Of a stretch of DNA of 64,000 bases, positions 59,198 to 64,000 are shown one piece after another; position 1 is the stretch's first letter, and every line of letters starts with the position of its first letter. This DNA is from Patescibacteria group bacterium (lineage in GTDB: Bacteria; Patescibacteriota; Minisyncoccia; Phycocordibacterales; PALSA-1337): assembly GCA_018971685.1 (NCBI GenBank), contig JAGXAG010000002.1, positions 2,276-66,275 on the forward strand. Reading direction: 5' to 3'. The notes below the pieces were generated by a model. It had not been told where the DNA came from and made no database searches. It saw only the letters and a program-made list of their open reading frames with translations. The position numbers and the translations under genes were made by a program.

Positions 59198-60145
59198 TCA
59201 TTTGGCCAAAAAATCGGCCACAAAACTTTCGATGCGTAACAATTCGTCGGGAGCGAACCAATGCACCCCTGAGTCGCGCTTCCACCAGGTCTTCTGCCGC
59301 CTGGCATATTGCCAAATCTTGGTCGAGAGAGTTTCGACAAATTGTTTCTTATCCAATTTTCCCTGAATAAATTGTGCCAAGTAACGATATTCCAACCCGA
59401 GCTCGTCCATCCGTTCGTACGATAATCCGACATCATGCAGCCGTTTCGCTTCTTCGACCATTCCCGCATCTATTCGGCTTATCAAACGATTGCGGATGCG
59501 CATTTTCAATTCATCGTCCTGTATTTTTAGTCCGACGAACAAAGTACTATAATTCATTTGAAGGGGCATGCGTCCCTCCCGTATATTTCGCTTGTCTGAT
59601 CCGGACGCGATTTCAATAGCCCTGATCAGTCGGCGCGGATTTTGCTTTTCTATGTTATCAAACCTGATCGGATCTAAATCTTTCAAAATATTTTGCAATT
59701 CTTCCGTGGATTTCGAATTCAATTTTCGGCGCAATTCGTCATTCGGCGGCACTGGCGGAAACTCAGTATTGTCGATCAAGGCGGAAATATAAAAGCCGGT
59801 GCCGCCGCAGATGATCGGCAATTTATTCTCGGCGTGAAGACAGGCGATCGCCTCGTTGGCGCATTTTCTCCATTGTTCCACGGTAAATCTATCTTTGGGG
59901 TCCGCGATGTCCAAACAGTGGTGCCTTATGCCGCGCATTTCATTCAAGGTGATTTTGCCTGTACCGATATTCAATCCTTTGTAGATTTGTCTTGAGTCCG
60001 CCGAAATGATCTCACCGTTGAATTTTTCAGCCAGTTTCACCGCCAAATCGCTTTTGCCTGTGGCGGTTTGACCGACGATAACCAAAATCTTTGTTCTAAA
60101 AAACTCCATTTTGGTTTGTTTGTCGTATTCTGCTTTGTCCGACAT
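59198..60145 (-). CDS. miaA: tRNA dimethylallyltransferase (start could be 60109)
   Basis: GQTATGKS, ADSRQIYKGLNIGTGK, GGTGFY, YARRQKTW. Confidence 0.96.
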   Translation of the reverse strand: MSDKAEYDKQTKMEFFRTKILVIVGQTATGKSDLAVKLAEKFNGEIISADSRQIYKGLNIGTGKITLNEMRGIRHHCLDIADPKDRFTVEQWRKCANEAIACLHAENKLPIICGGTGFYISALIDNTEFPPVPPNDELRRKLNSKSTEELQNILKDLDPIRFDNIEKQNPRRLIRAIEIASGSDKRNIREGRMPLQMNYSTLFVGLKIQDDELKMRIRNRLISRIDAGMVEEAKRLHDVGLSYERMDELGLEYRYLAQFIQGKLDKKQFVETLSTKIWQYARRQKTWWKRDSGVHWFAPDELLRIESFVADFLAK

Positions 60146-60182
60146 AGCTTTGCGGAAGCGGAATTATTGATTATTTTACCTG

Positions 60183-60264
60183 TGCCGGGAGGGAGAATCG
60201 AACTCCCATGGATTGCTCCGTACGATTTTGAGTCGTATGCGTCTACCAATTCCGCCATCCCGGC
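60183..60264 (-). tRNA. tRNA-Leu(CAA)
   Basis: GCCGGGA/TCCCGGC, TACGA-CT CAA AA-TCGTA, long variable arm. Confidence 0.95.
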
Positions 60265-60298
60265 GTTTCATTCAAGTCTACAAGAAATCCAAGGAAAA

Positions 60299-60490
60299 TC
60301 AACAAAGGCCGTCCCTAGAGGCGGCCTTGGCAGCAAGATGCTTCTCAATCCAGCCATCCAATTTTTCTTCGAAAGGCTGTTCTTCGAGATAACTTTCCGA
60401 AGTTCGGATGACTTTAACAGCTTCGACAAACCACGCATCGTCGTCAATACACACGACAAGGATGTGCCAGTGAACAATTTCTGTTTTCAT
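60299..60490 (-). CDS. Possible small hypothetical protein (63 aa)
   Basis: ATG-started ORF filling the tRNA-Leu/parB gap; no motif. Confidence 0.3.
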   Translation of the reverse strand: MKTEIVHWHILVVCIDDDAWFVEAVKVIRTSESYLEEQPFEEKLDGWIEKHLAAKAASRDGLC

Positions 60491-60533
60491 ACGAACCGTT
60501 TCTTTGCTATAATTATAGAACCGAAAAAATCAA

Positions 60534-61550
60534 ATGACCACCCAATATGTGAATAACGCCATCTTCTGGATAGAGCTGGAAAAGATAAGCCCGAACCCAT
60601 ATCAGCCGCGCCGAGAATTCGACGAAGCCGCCATGAAGAGTTTGGCAGAGTCTATACGAATGTATGGTGTGCTTCAGCCGTTGGTTGTGACCAGGAAGGA
60701 AGTATTCAATGAAACCGGCGGTATGTCAGTCGAATACGAACTCATCTCTGGCGAGCGCAGGTTGCGCGCCGCCAAACTGGCTGGATTGGCGCAAGTGCCG
60801 GCTTTGATACGAAACGGCGAAGACGGCGCCAGGGAAAAGCTTGAGATTGCCATTATCGAAAACCTTCAAAGAGAAGACCTGAATGCAGTCGAGCGCGCGC
60901 GCTCGTTCAACCGGTTGATCAAAGAATTCGGCCTAAAGCAGACTCAAGTCGCCGACAAGGTCGGCAAGAGCCGCGAATATGTCGCCAATACATTGCGCAT
61001 ACTCGCTTTGCCGGACGACATATTGACCGCGCTCGAGGAAGGCAAAATATCCGAAGGGCACACCAGGCCGCTTCTGATGCTTTCGGAAAAACCGGAAGAA
61101 CAGGCGGTTTTATTCAAGGAAATAATGGCCAAAAAGCTCTCGGTGCGTGAAGCCGAGGCCGCCGCGAGAAGGGTGGCGACCGAGCGCGTCCGCAATAAGG
61201 AGAAGTATCTCGATCCGGCCGTTCTTGAATTGGAAAAGAAGCTTAATGAAGCGCTCGGCACGCGCGTCAAAGTCGATCGCACCAACGAAACTGGCGGCAT
61301 TATTAAAATTGACTTCTTCTCGACAGATGATCTACGCATTCTACTGTCGCGTTTGAACGGTGAAACGGCAGGCGCCTTGCCGACTGCAGCCGGTACTCCC
61401 ACCGAGAACCTGATCGGCGGGGTGCGAAGCGATTATCGAGGGGAGTCGGCGGCGGAGGAGGGTGAGGCGCCTGCCGATGACAGGTCTACACGAGAGATCA
61501 AAGAAGAAGAGAATGAAGATATTTATTCTCTGAAGAATTTTTCGGTCTGA
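60534..61550 (+). CDS. parB: ParB/Spo0J partition protein with a palindromic insertion in its tail
   Basis: NPYQPR, GVLQP, SGERRLRAA, IENLQREDLN, HTH VGKSR..VAN.LR.L.LP. Confidence 0.95.
   Translation: MTTQYVNNAIFWIELEKISPNPYQPRREFDEAAMKSLAESIRMYGVLQPLVVTRKEVFNETGGMSVEYELISGERRLRAAKLAGLAQVPALIRNGEDGAREKLEIAIIENLQREDLNAVERARSFNRLIKEFGLKQTQVADKVGKSREYVANTLRILALPDDILTALEEGKISEGHTRPLLMLSEKPEEQAVLFKEIMAKKLSVREAEAAARRVATERVRNKEKYLDPAVLELEKKLNEALGTRVKVDRTNETGGIIKIDFFSTDDLRILLSRLNGETAGALPTAAGTPTENLIGGVRSDYRGESAAEEGEAPADDRSTREIKEEENEDIYSLKNFSV
61366..61476. mobile_element. In-frame 111-bp palindromic element in parB
   Basis: Perfect 12-bp terminal inverted repeat CGGCAGGCGCCT/AGGCGCCTGCCG; inner GCCG..ACTCCC/GGGAGTCGGC; GAGGAGGG motif. 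Confidence 0.8.
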
Positions 61551-61629
61551 TATCAACAGTCGAAAAACGCACATTGACTGTCAAAGTTAACTTTGTTATG
61601 TTGTGTTCGGTTTGAACGACAAAGTATTT

Positions 61630-61986
61630 ATGAATATGACAAAAGAAGTACCTTATCAAAGTTATCTGGACGAGTCCGGCCAATCAGCCGACGCCCAAGC
61701 TGAAACGCGGTTTTTGGAATTCCAAGGAGGCGAAACAGGCGAATGTGGCAAGGCTGCACAACTGTGTTTGGATATGCTGCACGCAGAACTTATCAAAGAA
61801 TTTGGCCCGATGCCTTTGTACGGCAGAAAAAGGCGCCATGCGGCCTCCTGGGTCAAGAGTACGATTAACGAATGGCAGTCGGATGTTCGTGCCAAGGTTT
61901 TTGAAAACCTAACGATGTATTACCACGAAGGAGCCCACATGACCATGATCTTTCAAACCATGAGAAATGTGGAGCAACTATCGTGA
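61630..61986 (+). CDS. Hypothetical protein
   Basis: 118-aa ORF between parB and topA with a promoter-like upstream region. Confidence 0.6.
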   Translation: MNMTKEVPYQSYLDESGQSADAQAETRFLEFQGGETGECGKAAQLCLDMLHAELIKEFGPMPLYGRKRRHAASWVKSTINEWQSDVRAKVFENLTMYYHEGAHMTMIFQTMRNVEQLS

Positions 61987-62007
61987 TTAGCATCAGTTCC
62001 TATACGC

Positions 62008-62040
62008 AAGAGTCCCCTAGCCGACACGGGGATTCTTTTT
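62008..62040. terminator. Terminator hairpin overlapping the topA stop
   Basis: AAGAGTCCCC...GGGGATTCTTTT. Confidence 0.55.
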
Positions 62041-64000
62041 GACTCTGCGGACGGCTTTCGGTTGAGCCAACAATTCAAGAGCGCGAGCGAGAGTAATTTC
62101 GTAAACATCATCAGGCGCTTTAATGGAGCGGAAATTACCATCAGAAACAACATAAGGACCGAAACGCCCGATCGATGCGACAACATCGAGGCCGGTTTTC
62201 GGATCTACGCCCAAAGTTCTCGGTATGCTCAAGTATTTCATGGCGTCGGCGATAGTTACTCTCATTGGGTCGATGCCTTTTGGTATTGACGCCTTTTTAG
62301 GTTTGATTTTTGATTTCCTATCTTTATTTTGCACCCCCAATTGCACATACGGACCGAAACGGCCATTCAAGACGAATATTGGCAATCCCGTGGCTTGATC
62401 TACGCCGATCGGTTCATCTTTCTTGAATTCCGTGCCATCTAGAGTAAGCGCGCCGTCACAATCTGGATATTTTTCGCATGACAAGAATTTGCCGTTCTTA
62501 CCGAGTTTGATCTCCATGGGCCCGCCACATTTCGGGCATTTAAATTTAGGATCAGCCTTGCCTAGGTTGGTAAGCTTATGAATCTTTTCTTTGGCCTTGA
62601 CTTCTTTGTGGAAAGGCCCGTAAAACTCAGTAAGTGTTTTCAGATAAGTGCGTTCGCCGCCAGCAATCTCATCGAGCTTGTTCTCCATTTCGGCAGTGAA
62701 ACTGTCGCTTATATAGGCAGGGAAGTTTTCTTCCAAGAATGAAGAAACCACTTCACCGGTGTCAGTTGGTTTCAAAGAACGATTTTCTTTGGCTACATAG
62801 CCGCGGTCTTCGATTGTTTTTGATATGGTGGCGTAAGTCGATGGACGGCCTATACCTCTCTTTTCAAGCTCTTTGATAAGGCCGGCCTCGGTATATCGCG
62901 ACGGCGGCTGAGTCTGCTTTTCTTCCGAATCGACCGAGATCAATTGGAGCGATTCATTCTTGGAACATTTCGGCAAAGTCACCTCTTCACCATTGGATTC
63001 CGGATCTGCTTTGAGCCAGCCGTCGAACAATATGCGCGAGCCGGCAGCTTCAAAGTTCGGGATTGCGAAATTATTTCCGTAAAACGATTGACTCGGTGAA
63101 TCGCCCTTAATTCCCGCTTCCGCAGTGGTAACGGTGCTTAGATTAGCTAAAATTTTTGTTTTAGCAAGCTTCGCATCGGCCATTTGTGACGCCACAGTCC
63201 TCTGCCAGATCAACCTATACAGCCTCTTTTGTTCGTCGTTTGTGCCAGCGGACACCTTATTGAAATGAGTCGGCCTGATTGCTTCGTGCGCTTCTTGGGC
63301 GTTCTTGCTCTTGGTAGCGTATGCTCTGAACTGCAAATATTCTTTACCATATTCTTTTTCGATAATTGGCGCAATCTGACCGAGAGCTTGTTTGGAAAGG
63401 GTGGTAGAGTCGGTGCGCATATAAGTAATGTGTCCGGCTTCATACAATTTCTGGGCAATGCCCATGGTCCTGGAAGGGGAGAAGCCGAGGCGCGAGCTGG
63501 CGGCTTGTTGGAGTGTAGAGGTGATGAACGGCGCGCGCGGCGATCTCTTCTGTTCTGATTCTTCGATATCGATGATTTGCCACTTTTCTTTTCTGGCGAT
63601 TTCAATAATGCGTTCGACTTCTGATTTGTCTCGCGGCTCTTCGGAGCAGACGAGTTTTAGCGATTCGTTTGCGGCGGTTTTCCAATTACCGGCTATAATC
63701 CAATAAGTCTCCGGCTTGAAAGCGCGTATTTCGCGCTCGCGCTCCATTATTATTCTCAAGGCGGGTGATTGGACGCGGCCGGCAGAAAGACCATAGCGCA
63801 CTTTCTTCCAAATAAGGCCGGAAAGGTCGTAACCGACTATCCTGTCCAATACGCGGCGGGCTTCTTGGGCCTCCTTCAGGTTTTCGTCAATAGCGCGCGG
63901 ATGTCGAAGGGCATCTTCGACGGCTTCCTTGGTCACTTCGTGGTAGGTTATTCTCTTGATCTTTGAAGCCGGGATCGTGGTTTTAGTCGCGACCTTCTCT
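62017..64000 (-). CDS. topA: DNA topoisomerase I (5' end outside the window)
   Basis: SAGRVQ, ITYMRTDS, AQEAHEAIRPT, GIGRPSTY, one Zn ribbon and two GRFGPYV repeats. Confidence 0.97.
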   Translation of the reverse strand, partial: EKVATKTTIPASKIKRITYHEVTKEAVEDALRHPRAIDENLKEAQEARRVLDRIVGYDLSGLIWKKVRYGLSAGRVQSPALRIIMEREREIRAFKPETYWIIAGNWKTAANESLKLVCSEEPRDKSEVERIIEIARKEKWQIIDIEESEQKRSPRAPFITSTLQQAASSRLGFSPSRTMGIAQKLYEAGHITYMRTDSTTLSKQALGQIAPIIEKEYGKEYLQFRAYATKSKNAQEAHEAIRPTHFNKVSAGTNDEQKRLYRLIWQRTVASQMADAKLAKTKILANLSTVTTAEAGIKGDSPSQSFYGNNFAIPNFEAAGSRILFDGWLKADPESNGEEVTLPKCSKNESLQLISVDSEEKQTQPPSRYTEAGLIKELEKRGIGRPSTYATISKTIEDRGYVAKENRSLKPTDTGEVVSSFLEENFPAYISDSFTAEMENKLDEIAGGERTYLKTLTEFYGPFHKEVKAKEKIHKLTNLGKADPKFKCPKCGGPMEIKLGKNGKFLSCEKYPDCDGALTLDGTEFKKDEPIGVDQATGLPIFVLNGRFGPYVQLGVQNKDRKSKIKPKKASIPKGIDPMRVTIADAMKYLSIPRTLGVDPKTGLDVVASIGRFGPYVVSDGNFRSIKAPDDVYEITLARALELLAQPKAVRRVKKNPRVG

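Overview
Gene-dense chromosomal segment, mostly housekeeping, that looks like a Patescibacteria/CPR (Parcubacteria-like) genome using genetic code 11. The taxonomy is inferred from tRNAs without encoded CCA, a C-terminally shortened AlaRS, a hinge-less SMC, scarce Shine-Dalgarno sites and CPR-typical gene order. It encodes five aminoacyl-tRNA synthetases, dnaE, topA (partial), smc, parB, mreBC(D)-mrdA, clpB, zwf/gpmA/eno, five complete tRNAs and one partial tRNA. No CRISPR array, prophage or transposase is visible. The main signal is a population of palindromic DNA elements. Large 60-205 bp hairpins sit in frame inside essential genes (mnmA, rnhB, smc, parB, dnaE, with remnants in leuS, alaS and topA), and four copies share sequence even though they are read in two different frames. 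A 205-bp element supplies the stop codons of two convergent genes, and short REP/REPIN-like palindromes cluster at gene 3' ends. Other points: Nudix domains inside LeuRS and fused to NusB, two candidate promoter-driven small RNAs (one 6S-like), an unannotated Pro/Gln micropeptide, two gene remnants and frequent near-leaderless promoters. All assignments come from reading the sequence; no database searches were run.
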